64,000 bases of DNA from Octopus vulgaris (taxonomy: Eukaryota). The translations under genes were made by a program, and so were the position numbers. The stretch spans positions 35,402,001 to 35,466,000 of the forward strand of contig OX597816.1 of NCBI GenBank assembly GCA_951406725.2. The letters run 5' to 3'. Of the stretch, positions 26,502 to 42,701 are shown one piece after another (position 1 is the first letter of the stretch; each line of letters starts with the position of its first letter). A model generated the notes under the pieces. It saw nothing but the letters and a program-made list of their open reading frames with translations, had not been told where the DNA came from and did not search any database.

Positions 26502-28438
26502 GTGTAATAAATAAAATATATGCATACATACATACATATATGTACGTACCTACATATACATGTATATATACATGCATATATAAATATATATACGTGAGTA
26601 CAGGACACCACAATTAGACGTAGAACTCAACGAGAAACGAAAACGTAAAAACAAACGTGGAAACGGACCTAAACGATAAACAAACAGAGTACAAGACAAA
26701 CTACACAAGGAAAAATCCCCTTCATCAGCTGTCCCTAGTTCAACTCCAGCGTGTTTCGAAGGTTGGACTTATATATATATATAAGTTATTTCTGTCAACG
26801 CCTTTCATAATGCTATATTTATTAAATAGCGTTTATCCTCTAGCCTCCGATACCTGTAGCATGGACAATACCATTAAACCCACCACATAGCATTCTACCT
26901 TCCCTATTTTCCTCAGTATAATGGAAACACGATGTAACCCGCAGCCTACGGATATAGCTCATGAGAGTGATTTTATTTACTTACCATGGATTATAATAAC
27001 ACCTTAAAATGAAGTTCTTACATTACTTTACCACGTCTATTACATTACAATATTTTGTTTTATTTTTACCTATTTTAATCTATCTTATCTTATTTACCCT
27101 ACTATTATTCTAACTGAATTCCCCACGTTAGTTTCCTAGCATGTGTGCTCTGTGAAGGGGACTTGAGGCTCAACCATTATCCAATCTCTGTCCAATGTTT
27201 GTTCATCCCTGTATATCACTGACGTGATGAGGATGACTTGGAAGATTCTGAGACCTCATTGTAGAAACGTCCTTAAGGGATTTATATCTGTACACTCATC
27301 TATTATTGTACATTCATCTCTCTCTATATATATCTGTTTACGAATTTATTGTCTGATCTCATTCGTTTACTTGTACCACTTAATCACATGTTTGTCATCA
27401 TTTAATGAATAGATATAATGGAATGTTTACTGTCTGATGCTTGTTGATTTCATTTTTCTGGATGTTATCAGGTAAAAACGTTCGGGGGCGTATACATCTG
27501 TAGTGATGCCTTTTTATTTATACGATTTTGTTTTTTCATTTCATACTTATTTCATTCATTCTTTGCAATTTACTCACTCCACCTCACACATGGACTGCAA
27601 AGCTTACAGTTGGGTTGCTGAATTGAAATCTCTATAATGCTTTGCGTGGAAGGTAAAACTTGACATACTGCTCTGCTACTGTTGTTGGACTACCGTGATG
27701 TTTGTTTAAAAAAGAGAGATTATTACTGTGATAAAGTAATGAAAGCAACATTTACTAAACAAGTGAGCACTATTATGCAAAATATTGAGATATAAAATAT
27801 AAATGATTATTATAATTTGGAATCAAATGTGAAAATATTATGAATAGGCTAGTAGAAAAACTCCGAAGGGCGGACTTTCTACTAGTATTATACATGTAGC
27901 TGTATTTATTGATCATACCCTCATTCACATACAGAGGGAATATTAATTTGATCAGTAAACAATGATTAGAAATGAATAACGGTAACTTCTGAATGAGATA
28001 TATATTCCATGACCATTTATTATAAATGTTAATTCTATACATCTAAGTTACAAGTACTTCTACACTAGCGAATCTATATTGGTGTAATCAATTTCTTAAT
28101 ATATTTCGTAATTAACATTGAAAATCTAATTACGGAAATGTCAATGTTTGTTAATGTCAGTAAAATATTAAAATCGTAGATGTATGTATTTCCCATTCAC
28201 TTGCGAATAACAGTACCATCTGGATATATAACTACTTAATGCAACCTCATGGAAATTTCTAATTTAGCTTCCTGTCTTCATATGAAATGTGTTTTGTGTT
28301 TTCTTTCATTAATACTCCCTAATTAAGATTCATAACACTCTTGAAATATATCAACACAAATGTACAAATACAGCAAGCAAATTTTCTAGCAAAAGTGCAT
28401 TTTAATTTTCGAATCAAGCAACATATTTCAGAACAACG

Positions 28439-28950
28439 TTACCAAATAATAATAGTTGTCAGCTCAGATAAGATATCAACAGTTAAGACACTATTAATGA
28501 AAACTGTGTGCTCATCAGCAAAAAGTGATTTCTTTTTGAGAATTTGTGTCATTGAAGTATTTGTGTCATTGAGGTATTGTACGGCTCTATCTGGTAACCC
28601 GGTACTGCTTTGCGTTACCCCGTTCACTAGTTTCTCTAGTTTTAATCATGAACTAACATATACTATCCCTCAAAATCGCTTCTCTACCACCTCAAATTTC
28701 TTCTAATCACGACTAAAGCCCGACTCTAAGTCGTAGTTAAATGAGTCTAAAATTTCAGTCCCTCAGTATTCGTCATCCGTTAATGTGCTCTGCATCTATT
28801 TCTAGTGCACTATTTCACTGATCCTGCAAATGTAAGCTATAGGACAACAAATTCCCTAAAGACCAGAAAATGTGCCGTTCTTGAGACTAGAGACTGGTCA
28901 GGTACCAATGCCATGTTGATCATATCCGCGGTTATTACCTGCTTCCCTAA
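28439..28950 (-). mobile_element. Ancient CR1/L2-like RT remnant
   Basis: NGVTQSSTGLP..YLND...LFADEHTVF resembles GVPQGSVLGP..YIND...LFADD. Confidence 0.5.
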
Positions 28951-29429
28951 CACATTCCAAATATCTAGCAATTTTAACATCCCACAAACGCCAAGGTACA
29001 GTACACTGAATGCAGTTAGTTTTTGTAATTCTATTCATAAATTTAATGTCTATACTTGTTCTGTCTCCTTATTTGTATTTGTTTGCGTGGCTTTGTGCTT
29101 GCCATCTGTAATTTCCCAAAATACTTGCTTGTGCCTCGGTACATAGAGTGATAGAAAAATTAAGTGTACATCCCGTCCCAATCCCTTCCATTACCAACAC
29201 TAAAAGAATTACACCCAACGTCACTACCAATTTTAACCGAATATATCTTTAATGAGTAAACAACACCAATAATAGTATCAACCTGATAGTAATGACACTA
29301 TATATTTTACAAGCCAACAGAATGGGCTGTGTGTATCTGTGTGTGTCTGAGTCGACCTTGGAATTGTATTTTAAATCAATGCTTCAAGAGGCTAAGTTCC
29401 TATGACCGTAGTAAATCTTCAGCTAAATA

Positions 29430-29886
29430 TACTGTGATGTCCTGAGGTGCAAGTTCGAGCAATGGATGATCAGACCTGGTGAAGTGTGTGAAAATATAAT
29501 CCTAGATAAATATGAGTCCGTATTGCAGAAATGACTCCTTCCAATACTTTCCAGTGGTGTAATGATTAAAGAAGACTCTTTATTCATGAACAATGGGGCT
29601 CCTTACACGGCTAAAATGTCCGAAGGTTTCTTGGATAAAAATGGCATTAAAAAGCTTCCATGACAAAGCCAGTCGCCGGATATTAACTCTGCTGAACAAC
29701 TGGAGACATACGATATAGGACTGTTCATTAAAAAATACAAGATCATCTTCAAGCCATTTATTTTGAGATTACTGAATGCAACTTGGCAAGAAATTCTACA
29801 AGAGAATATTCGTCATTTGATCAGTAACATGCCTAATAGGGACCTTCCCTTGAAAAATACAAAGGATGTGTCTACTAAATACTAAA
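29430..29886 (+). mobile_element. Degraded Tc1 transposase C-terminal remnant
   Basis: LFMNNGAPYTAK...LP*QSQSPDINSAEQL...STKY* follows the DNAP/SPDLNPIE/TKY pattern. Confidence 0.7.
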
Positions 29887-31045
29887 TATTCGCATTATAA
29901 AAATTAATAAATATTTCGAATTAAAAATTTAAGATTTAATTAAATATTAGTTATTGTGTGCCTTTTTACTTGTCATGGCTGCATGCTCATATATATATAT
30001 ATACATATTTATATATATATGTGTATGTATGTATGTATGTATGTATATATGTATGTATGTATGTATGTATGTAAGTATGTATGTATTATGTATATATGTA
30101 TATATATATATATGTATGTATGTATATATATATATATATATATTTGCGTGTGTCTGTGCGTGTATGAATCCATGTGTATATATATACATATGCATGTATG
30201 TGTATATATATACGTATGTATATGTATTTGTATGTATATATACATGTACTATGTATATATATATATATATATATCTGTATATATATATATATATATATAT
30301 GTGTATATATATATGTATATATAACTAAATATTGGAAAAGAATGCGGGGCGTTGGATCATATAATAATAAAATGAATAATTATAAACATCTGAATATATA
30401 CATACATATATGTACACACCTACATATGTGTGCATAGATACAATGACAAAACGAAAACACAGAAAACGAACTTTTTCTGAAGAACGAAGAAACAAGACTA
30501 GAAAAGAGACATGCAACATAAAAACATTCCCCTTCATCGGTTCTCCCTCTTTCATCTACTCGAAGATAAGGACAAGACGCGACTTCCTTGAAACAGTAAT
30601 TCCCACAAAACTAATTACAAAAAAACAATGGGGTTTTTTGCGGAGAGGAAAACAGAAATCAAGAAGCACAAGAGAGGGATGTAGATACACAGAGAAGAGG
30701 TAGAAGAAGTAAAAGGGTGGAATAGATAGAAAGAGAGTGAGCACCGTATTTATTAAGATAAAACTTACACGGAAAAGGATGCGCGGCATTCGATCATATA
30801 ATGATATAAGTAATATATAAACATCTGCATATACACATACATATGTGTACATGCCTACATATATATGTATATATACATGCATATATGGGCACAGGACATC
30901 GCTAATCCTAGATGTAATGAGAAATCGAAAACATAAAGTCAAAATAATACAAGGAAAGAGAGAAAGGAGATATGCAACATAAAGAACATTCAGCTTCATC
31001 AGTGCTCCTGTTTCATCTACTCCGCCGCACGAGGGTAAGGACAAG

Positions 31046-31088
<43 letters not shown>

Positions 31089-31450
31089 GAGCTACAAATG
31101 ACGAGCTACAAATGGATTTTTTTTGTAAGTAAAATTACATTTAATTCATTAATAGCGAAACAATTGTCCCAAAATAATCTGTATTTTTGTTATTTTTTAT
31201 TTGCCCTGTCCGTGTGAGCTAACAATCGTACTGACTTTCATGGTAAGCATGTATTTTCGTGGTTGAAACCTTTTGGATTAACTGGTGCTAGAGTGAGCAA
31301 TATAGTGACCACTCTCTTATATTTATTTTGTAAAAATATTATAATATGTTATAAAATATTATAATAATCCAGGTTTCTCGAAGCACTAGGCCACTTGGTG
31401 TTGAATAAATATACTATTAAATTAGTATCTAATTCTCTCACCCTTATTAA

Positions 31451-31505
<55 letters not shown>

Positions 31506-31509
31506 TATG

Positions 31510-31605
<96 letters not shown>

Positions 31606-31616
31606 TATATATATGC

Positions 31617-31649
<33 letters not shown>

Positions 31650-31786
31650 TAAGTTTAACAATTAAGGATAACCTCTTAATAAGGAATCTTAACAAGAAAT
31701 TATCGGGTAGTTAGCGTGAAAACCTCATAAAAGAAAAGAATTCGAAAATAATTTTTTTCTTTTGAACAAATTAATTATATCTATAT

Positions 31787-32019
31787 TGTATAGAGGGCAT
31801 TATTACACATAAATGCCTCACACTAAGAGGGACTAAGTCATTACTACCAAAATTATACTAATCATACCCAAATGCAGTTTTTCAAAGCAAGACATTTAAA
31901 AAAATGAATTTTTAAATGTCTTGCTTTGAAAAACTGCATTTGGGTATGATTAGTATAATTTTGGTAGTAATGACTTAGTCCCTCTTAGTGTGAGGCATTT
32001 ATGTGTAATAATGCCCTTT

Positions 32020-32024
<5 letters not shown>
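31787..32024. repeat. Near-perfect fold-back palindrome (~115-bp arms, short spacer) abutting (TA)n
   Basis: agggcattattacac...gacatttaaaa pairs with ttttaaatgtc...gtgtaataatgccct. Confidence 0.9.
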
Positions 32025-32065
<41 letters not shown>

Positions 32066-32160
32066 ACATACATATGTATATATGCATATATATACATGCG
32101 TGTGTGTACATATATGTATATGTATGTATAATTTAGGTTTAAATTAAGTGTGATGTTATA

Positions 32161-32475
32161 TCTTTATATATAAAAGTGAAGTTGCGTGCCTGTCTCCTAC
32201 AATTTTGATTGCTAACTACTCCCACATTTTGCGGTGCAGTTTACCCAAAACCGGGTATCCTATAGTCCCATGTTAATGCATTTTTTTCGCCATTATATAA
32301 GGGAAGTAACTCTCTAAAAATGTCTACGATAAGTCAACGATTTAAAAAAAATATTTACCATCATTTTTGTTCCATTTTCAATGCAATTTTTTGCTATTTT
32401 TTGCTATAACTATCTAAAAATCCTTATATAGTTATTTCCCTTCCAAACCCATGCAACGCCGAGCGATACTGCTAG
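32161..32475 (+). mobile_element. Non-autonomous Helitron (315 bp)
   Basis: Starts TC and ends CTAG, inserted between A and T with no TSD; imperfect subterminal hairpin cccatgcaacgccgag; 5' end resembles the Helitron start near 7022. Confidence 0.7.
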
Positions 32476-32954
32476 TATTAACTAAAATATTTATCATAAT
32501 ACCGGTATGATAAGTATGGTAAGGATAGATCTAAGATTTATTATTGCTTGTTTACACCTTTCGGTATCAGTGTCTGTACGATACTGGAAAAAGGATATGT
32601 TTTTGTGAAGGGAATCTACTTTTCATCGACAACTGTGATTGTCACACGCCGATAACGGGTCAATATTCAGAAACTCGAGTCCGTGTGTATCATAAATTGA
32701 AGACGGGAAGGATGGCTTCCCTTTGCAAATACTGATAGGCCACAGGAAGTGTGTCTATAGCCAGCTGGAGAAGGTGTCCTCCTGGGGCTATAAACTAAAG
32801 TAGCATCCACCCTTAGGGGTTAGCCATATTTAAACGGCAAATATACGTCACAACTTAATTGATAATATAAAGAAACAGTAGCCGCGTTTATGTTCATTAA
32901 AGCTATCAATAAAATGCAGAAGTATTTAAAATGTTTAAACATTAAAATATACAT

Positions 32955-33187
32955 GTTTTTTTTTTGTTTTTTTTTCTTTTTCCAGTTTCAGCTCTTGAGC
33001 TGTGGCCATGCTGGGGCACCGCCATTGTGGTGAAAGAGTACAGCAGGGATCACCACCCCCTGCCGGAGCCTCGTAGAGCTTTTAGGTGTTTTCGCTCAAT
33101 AAACACACACAACGCCCGGTCTGAGAATCGAAACCGCGATCCTGCGACCGCGAGTCCGCTGCCCTAACCACTAGGCCATTGCGCCTC
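32955..33187 (-). mobile_element. Young tRNA-derived SINE with CR1-type 3' tail and poly(A)
   Basis: Nearly identical to 60284-60512; absent from the duplicate locus near 36400. Confidence 0.9.
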
Positions 33188-33343
<156 letters not shown>

Positions 33344-33392
33344 TAGAGAGAGAGAGATATTTATATACATATATATATATATATGCATATTT

Positions 33393-33466
<74 letters not shown>

Positions 33467-33939
33467 ATCTTGGTATGCTTTGTCAACAAGCAGCTGTAAG
33501 AGTAGATTTTTATTCACACATTTATCTTTGAGTGATTTTTAGTTTCAGCTCATGAGCTGTGGCCATGCTGGGGCACCGCCATTAAAATGTCAGGTCTCTC
33601 TTTATTTATTTATTTTATTTATTTATTTATTTTTTATTTGTCAGTGAAGAATGCTACTGTTATTTAGCCTCGGTATATAACTTTGACAGTTAGCTATGTG
33701 ATAGAAGCGTACTGCGCACTTATTTTGTGAAAGAGGGGAGATAATCAACTCCACCTGACAAAGCCAGTATCCCCAGACTAGTTCCATCAGTCTGGGGTAG
33801 CTTGTCTTCCTAGCTGTCGCTTTTTATTCATTTTGAATACAGAATCTCAAAAGAAATAAGTTCACCTAGTTACACAATTAGAAATGTTGCATTTCTAATT
33901 CTTTCAGAGAGACTTATACAGTAGCAAAAGGATAAGGTG

Positions 33940-34021
<82 letters not shown>

Positions 34022-34559
34022 TGTGTGTGTGTGTGTCTGTGTGTGTCTGTGTGTGTATGCATGTATGTATGTACGCATATATATACAAATTTTATGAAAG
34101 AAAATGGAAGATATACATAGTGGATACTAGGTTAATTTTATTTGTAACACGATGATAAAATATAATGCATATTATATTTAGGATGTAAAGGAACGGAATC
34201 TATAAAATAAATTAGTTTTCGACCATCACCATTGAAGGGATTTTAAATGTAAAACAGATGTAAATACAGACCTGACACCGTTTATTAACCGGTGTTGTTC
34301 AAACGATGAATAGCCCACGCGCAAACCAATTGCGTTTCGGTCTCTTACTTTATTATTATTATTATTAACTTCTTATAATCATCTCATAATAATGTCCTTT
34401 ATGACTCGAATTACTACTTCAGTCATTCTAAATGTTTATATTTGTCACTACCTGTCATAAATAGCCTTTTTCTATCTGCAATATGCATTTTCGTTGGTTT
34501 TTCATATTCTACCCTTACATTTCCAAGTGTATTTATATTTTCTTTTCGTAACATATTTC

Positions 34560-34594
<35 letters not shown>

Positions 34595-34723
34595 TATATA
34601 CACACACACACATATATATATATATATACATATAATATAATTCGAGACAAAACCACTATTTTAAAACCAAACAAGGAAAGACTTAATCAATACATAAAAT
34701 TTTAATATAAATTAAATAAACCG

Positions 34724-34766
34724 CCACTACAAATGTTTCATGTCTGCTCCGACAATCTTCAGGTGG
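34724..34766 (-). ncRNA. Minimal type I hammerhead (left arm of palindrome)
   Basis: Reverse complement of 34818-34860. Confidence 0.75.
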
Positions 34767-34817
34767 ATTTTCGATCTTCTAATCAGTAACAAATTTACTG
34801 ATTAGAAGATCGAAAAT

Positions 34818-34860
34818 CCACCTGAAGATTGTCGGAGCAGACATGAAACATTTGTAGTGG
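34818..34860 (+). ncRNA. Minimal type I hammerhead
   Basis: ccac-CTGAAGA-t tgtc ggagca gaca t-GAAA-c attt-GTA-gtgg: stems I, II and III all pair. Confidence 0.8.
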
Positions 34861-35038
34861 CGGTTTATTTAATTTATATTAAAGTTTTATGTATTGATTC
34901 AGTCTTTCCTGTTTGGTTTTAAAATAGTAGTTTTGTCTCGAATTATATTATATAATATTTTACTATAAAATTGGATTTAACCCTAAATCTGATTTTTCCC
35001 TGTAATTTTGGATTCATTCCCTAATATTTATTATTATT

Positions 35039-35153
<115 letters not shown>

Positions 35154-35178
35154 ATATGTATATATATATATATGTATA

Positions 35179-35273
<95 letters not shown>

Positions 35274-35478
35274 ATATCTATATATATATATATATATAGT
35301 AGAAATATATATATATATACATACATGGAGTTTTAGGTGCATATTCAGATAGATTAAGTTTCAATAGTTGTTAATGATGGGTTATAGGATTTTAGAAAGT
35401 AAAAGATATCAAGTCCTAGTAATAGCAATTTTTTTTTTAAATAAGGAGTACATGGAAAAATATAAATATAAATATATA

Positions 35479-35586
<108 letters not shown>

Positions 35587-35597
35587 TAGATAGATAT

Positions 35598-36008
<411 letters not shown>

Positions 36009-36025
36009 GTGTATATATATGTATA

Positions 36026-36104
<79 letters not shown>

Positions 36105-36395
36105 TATATTTAATTTACCAGTACAGCTTGCTTTCGCTGCCAAAATTGAAGACGGGAAGGATGGCTTCCCTTTGCAAATACTGATAGGCCACAGGAAGTG
36201 TGTCTATAGCCAGCTGGAGAAGGTGTCCTCCTGGGGCTATAAACTACAGTAGCATCCACCCTTAGGGGTTTGCCATATTTAAATGGCAAATATACGTCAC
36301 AACTTAATTGATAATATATAAAAACAGTAGCCGCGTTTATGTTCATTAAAGCTATCAATAAAATGCAGAAGTATTTAAAATGTTTAAACATTAAA

Positions 36396-36482
<87 letters not shown>

Positions 36483-36515
36483 TTTATATACATATATATA
36501 TATGCATATTTTATG

Positions 36516-36552
<37 letters not shown>

Positions 36553-36957
36553 GTGTGTGTGTGTGTATATAATCTTCGTATGCTTTGTCAACAAGCAGCT
36601 GTAAGAGTAGATTTTTATTCACACATTTATGTTTATTTATTTATTTAATTTTTATTTGTCAGTGAAGAATGCTACTGTTATTTAGCCTCGGTATATAACT
36701 TCGACAGTTGGCTATGTGATAGAAGCGTACTGCGCACTTATTTTGTGAAAGAGGAGAGATAATCAACTCCACTTGACAAAGGCAGTATCCCCAGACTAGT
36801 TCCATCTGTCTGGGGTAGCTTGTCTTCCTAGGTGTCGCTTTTTATTAATTTTGAAAACAGAATCTCAAAAGAAATAAGTTTACCTAGTTAAACAATTAGA
36901 AATGTTGCATTTCTAATTCTTTCAGAGAGACTTATACAGTAGCAAAAGGATAAGGTG

Positions 36958-37067
<110 letters not shown>

Positions 37068-37589
37068 TGTGTGTTTCTGTGTGTGTATGCATGTATGTAT
37101 GTACGCATATATATACAAATTTTATGAAAGAAAATGGAAGATATACATAGTGGATACTAGGTTAATTTTATTTGTAACACGATGATAAAATATAATGCAT
37201 ATTATATTTCGGATGTAAAGGAACGGAATCTATAAAATAAATTAGTTTTCGACCATCACCATTGAAGGGATTTTAAATGTAAAACAGATGTAAATACAGA
37301 CCTGACACCGTTTATTAACCGTTGTTGTTCAAACTATGAATAGCCCACGCGCAAACCAATTGCGTTTCGGTCTCTTACTTTATTATTATTATTATTAACT
37401 TCTTATAATCATCTCATAATAATGTCCTTTATGACTCGAATTACTACTTCAGTCATTCTAAATGTTTATATTTGTCACTACCTGTCATAAATAGCCTTTT
37501 TCTATCTACAATATGCATTTTCGTTGGTTTTTCATATTCTACCCTTACATTTCCACGTGTATTTATATTTTCTTTTCGTAACATATTTC

Positions 37590-37638
<49 letters not shown>

Positions 37639-37641
37639 TAT

Positions 37642-37676
<35 letters not shown>

Positions 37677-37771
37677 CATATAATATAATTCGAGACAAAA
37701 CCACTATTTTAAAACCAAACAAGGAAAGACTTAATCAATACATAAAATTTTAATATAAATTAAATAAACCG

Positions 37772-37814
37772 CCACTACAAATGTTTCATGTCTGCTCCGT
37801 CAATCTTCAGGTGG
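37772..37814 (-). ncRNA. Minimal type I hammerhead (duplicate, one stem II mismatch)
   Basis: Copy of 34724-34766 with gacaatc changed to gtcaatc. Confidence 0.65.
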
Positions 37815-37865
37815 ATTTTCGATCTTCTAATCAGTAACAAATTTACTGATTAGAAGATCGAAAAT

Positions 37866-37908
37866 CCACCTGAAGATTGTCGGAGCAGACATGAAACATT
37901 TGTAGTGG
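37866..37908 (+). ncRNA. Minimal type I hammerhead (duplicate)
   Basis: Same sequence as 34818-34860. Confidence 0.8.
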
Positions 37909-38087
37909 CGGTTTATTTAATTTATATTAAAATTTTACGTATTGATTAAGTCTTTCCTTGTTTGGTTTTAAAATAGTGGTTTTGTCTCGAATTATATTAT
38001 ATAATATTTTACTATAAAATTGGATTTAACCCTAAATCTGATTTTTCCCTGTAATTTTGGATTCATTCCCTAATATTTATTATTATT

Positions 38088-38184
<97 letters not shown>

Positions 38185-38218
38185 ATATGTATATATATAT
38201 ATATGTATATATATATGT

Positions 38219-38302
<84 letters not shown>

Positions 38303-38509
38303 ATATCTATCTATATATATATAGTAGAAATATATATATATATATATATACATACATGGAGTTTTAGGTGCATATTCAGATAGATTAAGTTTCAATAGTT
38401 GTTGATGATGGGTTATAGGATTTTAGAAAGTAAAAGATATCAAGACCTAGTAATAGCAATTTTTTTTTTAAATAAGGAGTACATGGAAAAATATAAATAT
38501 AAATATATA

Positions 38510-38622
<113 letters not shown>

Positions 38623-39098
38623 CATATAGAACTATAAAATGAAAATATAAATATAAATGGTTATGAGTGTATAAAGGTGGAATATATGTATATTCTATTT
38701 AAAAAAGAAATATTATTGGTCATTGTATAATCATGGGATTATTTGGTATTTGAGTTTTGTATGTTATAATTTAAAATTTGGGAATTCTATGGATTAAATT
38801 TATACTAATATTATGGTATTAAATATGGTTTATATGACCATTGTTTTAATAAGAATGCTATTATCATGGACTTGAAAGTGGGTTATGTGTTTAGCCTTTA
38901 TGTGGAAAATTATAAGTGGTAGATTATTGAAAATGCTACGGTGAACTAATATATATATATTTAATTTGGGATTAAGCTTTAGAGTTCAATAGAAATAATT
39001 ATAGGGGCCATGATGTTATATATGGAGTATAATAATAGTGGGATTAACATTGAACGGGATATTATATACAATTATATAATAATGGGATATTATATATT

Positions 39099-39139
<41 letters not shown>

Positions 39140-40225
39140 TGATGATAAGATAATTTAGGGATTAAATTATAAAGTTCATAATAAAAAATATATTCATAGA
39201 TTTATTATGAGAATAAAATTAGTGTGTGTTATAATTATGCGTCTAATAGAAAAGAATGTTATTGATTATGTAGATGGTATTATAAATACTAATTATTCTA
39301 CTTCAACATCAAAATGGCGTATTTTTATTGAAGATGTGATTAGGATGGAGTGTATGCACAATCGGAATAGGCAATAATCGGAATGCCAAAATATGAATTA
39401 TTCGGGTCTACAAAATATATCTCGTGTTGATTTATAATACTTAAAATCTCGGGAGTATAGCGGGAAGTAAAGAAAAGCATTCGCCAGAGGCAGTGAAATC
39501 TTAAGGTGAATATTTTTGCCTCTGTGAATGTTATCTGTGGCATATATAAAGTCGCAAACGCATGCTTAGACAGATTTATCATCTTTTGATATAGGAAAAT
39601 CAATAGTGTCGCAAGTAACCAGGTAGCATGGCAAAGTCTCGTCATTAGTGACTGAAGTTGTATTAGTTCAAAATAGCATTGTGTATACCATACGTCATGC
39701 TGTCATATTCTAGATGGCTTCTCAGATCTTTAATTTGTTTCCTGAAAGTATCACGTCCATAAGTCTGGTGCTGAATATTACAGATACTATCACTAGAAAA
39801 AGAAAGCGTTAAGCAGCGGCAGTGGAATTGCTAAATCTAGATTTCTTCTTCTTTGGGCCTCGTTAAAAGTAAGAACCCACTTGCAACAACATGCTTAGAT
39901 AATTACTGTCGTTACCGTATTTACTTGTGGATACTTGATGCTGTTGAGGCTCAATGAAGCAAAAGTATATAAATATAAATTACATGGTTGCTACTGAAGA
40001 CTTTTCCTCTGCTGTGGGTATACTTCCGTGCTATTGTGTGTGTTACGGAGAAGGCCTATTAGCTATAAATTGCAGCACCGACTTAAATTATTTGATGTGA
40101 ATGACTATGTGTATAAACTGAATAATCAGCTTATATATATATGTATATATATGTGTGTGTATATATATATGTGTGTGTGTGTGTGACTGTGTGTGAGGTG
40201 TGTGCATAGATAAATAGATAGATAT

Positions 40226-40303
<78 letters not shown>

Positions 40304-41349
40304 GTAGCAACCCTATTTTGGGCGATGAGCTTAATAGATGTTGTGGTGCCCAATACTGATGAAGTGCTTATTTTATCGCTCCTAAATAGATGAAGAAGAA
40401 ACCAGTTCTGAAAGTGTTTGAACTCCATGCCTAAAGACATGTAAACCCAGGCCTGTTTTTTGTTACGCGACTGGCACTACCTCTCTACTAGTTGATCATA
40501 TTCGGAAAGCCTGGTGTGTATCTAAAATTCAAAATATATAACTTCTAAGTCCAAATTGTATAATTCTCCATTCACTGTCCTGAGTGAAGCGAGGATTTTA
40601 TATTTTATTTCATGATGAACAGTTTAAGTATTTTGCACCGGTGTATTATAGAAAGATTTCCTGGCAAAGCATTAATATTATAATCCACCATCTGCTACAT
40701 CATAAAGATTTGGCTTCAACGCACAAATTATATTTCATGTTCTGTAATATCGAAGGGGGAATTTATTCAACTGATTTATATAGTAGAAATTTAATTCAAT
40801 TAATTAGTTCATTCAGTGAAAATAAATTATCCCCGATGGGATCAGACACGACATTATCTTAGGTGTATTAATTACTTTGAAGACGATTAATTATCTGAAT
40901 GCGAATTAATTATGTATTTATGACACACGACATATGTTTGCATCTTTATTATTAATGGGTACCTTTATATAGTTCACAATAAGTAGTCCAAGTTATTCCA
41001 CAAAGATATGTTAAATATAAAATAAGGTCTCATTAATGCACTATTGTATCATTCTTTATCATTTATATCAGAGTGCATGGTGAGTGGGCGTATACGATTC
41101 TGGGTATATTATTCTCAATATAGTATAGGGTTCAATATAAAAATAGGGCAAACTTTAAACACTAGTCAGATAGGAAGACAGCTGCGGCATAAGCCACGTC
41201 TTTCCATTTGAACCTTATGAAAATCAGTGTAAATGTAAAACTGATTAAAGCTTCAAATACTTTAATAAAAAATATTTTGACTATTCTCAGTGCATTTTCC
41301 ACTATTTTTCCTATATTTCTACCCGTGTGGAATTATATTTTTCTTTTCT

Positions 41350-42298
41350 ATATATATACCACAAAAACCCGACCAAAGCACAAACACGTTCAACCAAGAG
41401 ATACTAAAAGTACTGAAAGACATCTCCTCCAGCATCACGGTGTTATCCAACACAATTGACGAGATACAGACCTACACCAAGGAAACGCTTGAAGAAGGAA
41501 GACAAACGGAAGAAATAGCAATTGTCCAAATCCTCAATCAGTTATAAAGAACTATAGAAACAGCGATGCTCCAGAAATAGGAGCAAAAATGGAAAGCTGA
41601 ACGAGATAACATCAACCTGCAAAGAGAAATCTCTGCAATCGAAAACACTCTTAAACGTATATGGCACCCAAACTTCACAGCCTGTAAATTTTACTTTTGG
41701 ATCTACAATAAAAATAATAGCAAAGCAGACATATATGAAAAATGGCTTATTTCAATGGTTGAACACAATGGTTGTGTTCAACCATTGATAAATTTATCGC
41801 CTGTGAATATGAAATTCCTTGGAAATTTACACCTACACCATTGGAAATTGTGCATCTATACAAAGGATTAATTCACCCTCTCTGTAATGCTAATAAGCAG
41901 GAATTGAAACCTACCTCGTTGTAATTAACAATGGATAAATTTGCCTTCTGTGAGTATGTAATCCCTCATCATATCTCTGGAAATTCATATATGCACTATG
42001 GATTGGGTCACCTTCTCTGTGATGCTGTTAAGACTTTTTTAAAATTCTGTGATAAGACTGTACATCATCTTTAAAGAACTTTAATGAACTTTTGAAATCT
42101 GTTTATGTTACTTAATTATCTACATTACTTCATGAGTATAGCCTCAACCACTAGGATGTCTAGAGAACTCACATGTATTTTAGCTGATGAGTACGGGACA
42201 CGTTTATATGCTGTAATTTTTGCAACTTTTAATAAAACCTGTCCTTGTATGAAACGATTGTACTAAAAACCTATCCATTCTTGTTGCTTCATTCTCGC
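41350..42298 (+). mobile_element. Internally deleted PLE: N-terminal ORF remnant followed by a terminal repeat with a hammerhead
   Basis: Broken ORF ...LKRIWHPNF...FYFWIYNKNNSKADIYEKWL resembles a PLE N-terminus; hammerhead just before (TA)n. Confidence 0.55.
42178..42268 (+). ncRNA. Type I hammerhead with 60-nt stem II domain
   Basis: ttttag-CTGATGA-gtacgggaca...tgtccttgtat-GAAA-c gatt-GTA-ctaaaa. Confidence 0.85.
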
Positions 42299-42516
<218 letters not shown>

Positions 42517-42701
42517 TATATTTAATTTACCAGTACAGCTTGCTTTCGCTGCCAAGAGCGATCGTATTTGTAAAATTAGTATCACCGTCATATTTATTCA
42601 TAAATAATTTACCCTATTTCGTTTGGTTACGTGGTGTTTGACTACTTCAAATGAATTTGCAGGATGGGGTGGTGGACATTTCAGTAGTCATTCGCTGGTG
42701 G

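Noticed and set aside
26620-26770. CTGATGA and GAAA on the minus strand as a possible type II hammerhead (related repeat near 30500-30600)
   Set aside because: Could not build consistent stems or an NUH site
27215-27280. gtgatga...gaaacgtc hammerhead-like string (similar case at 19705-19780)
   Set aside because: Core is mutated and stem I is not convincingly paired; at best a relic
29947-30437. Many [12 protein letters not shown] ORFs here and throughout the window
   Set aside because: Translations of (TA)n, (TG)n and (CA)n microsatellites
39340-39720. Possible PLE endonuclease remnant
   Set aside because: Too degraded to support by eye
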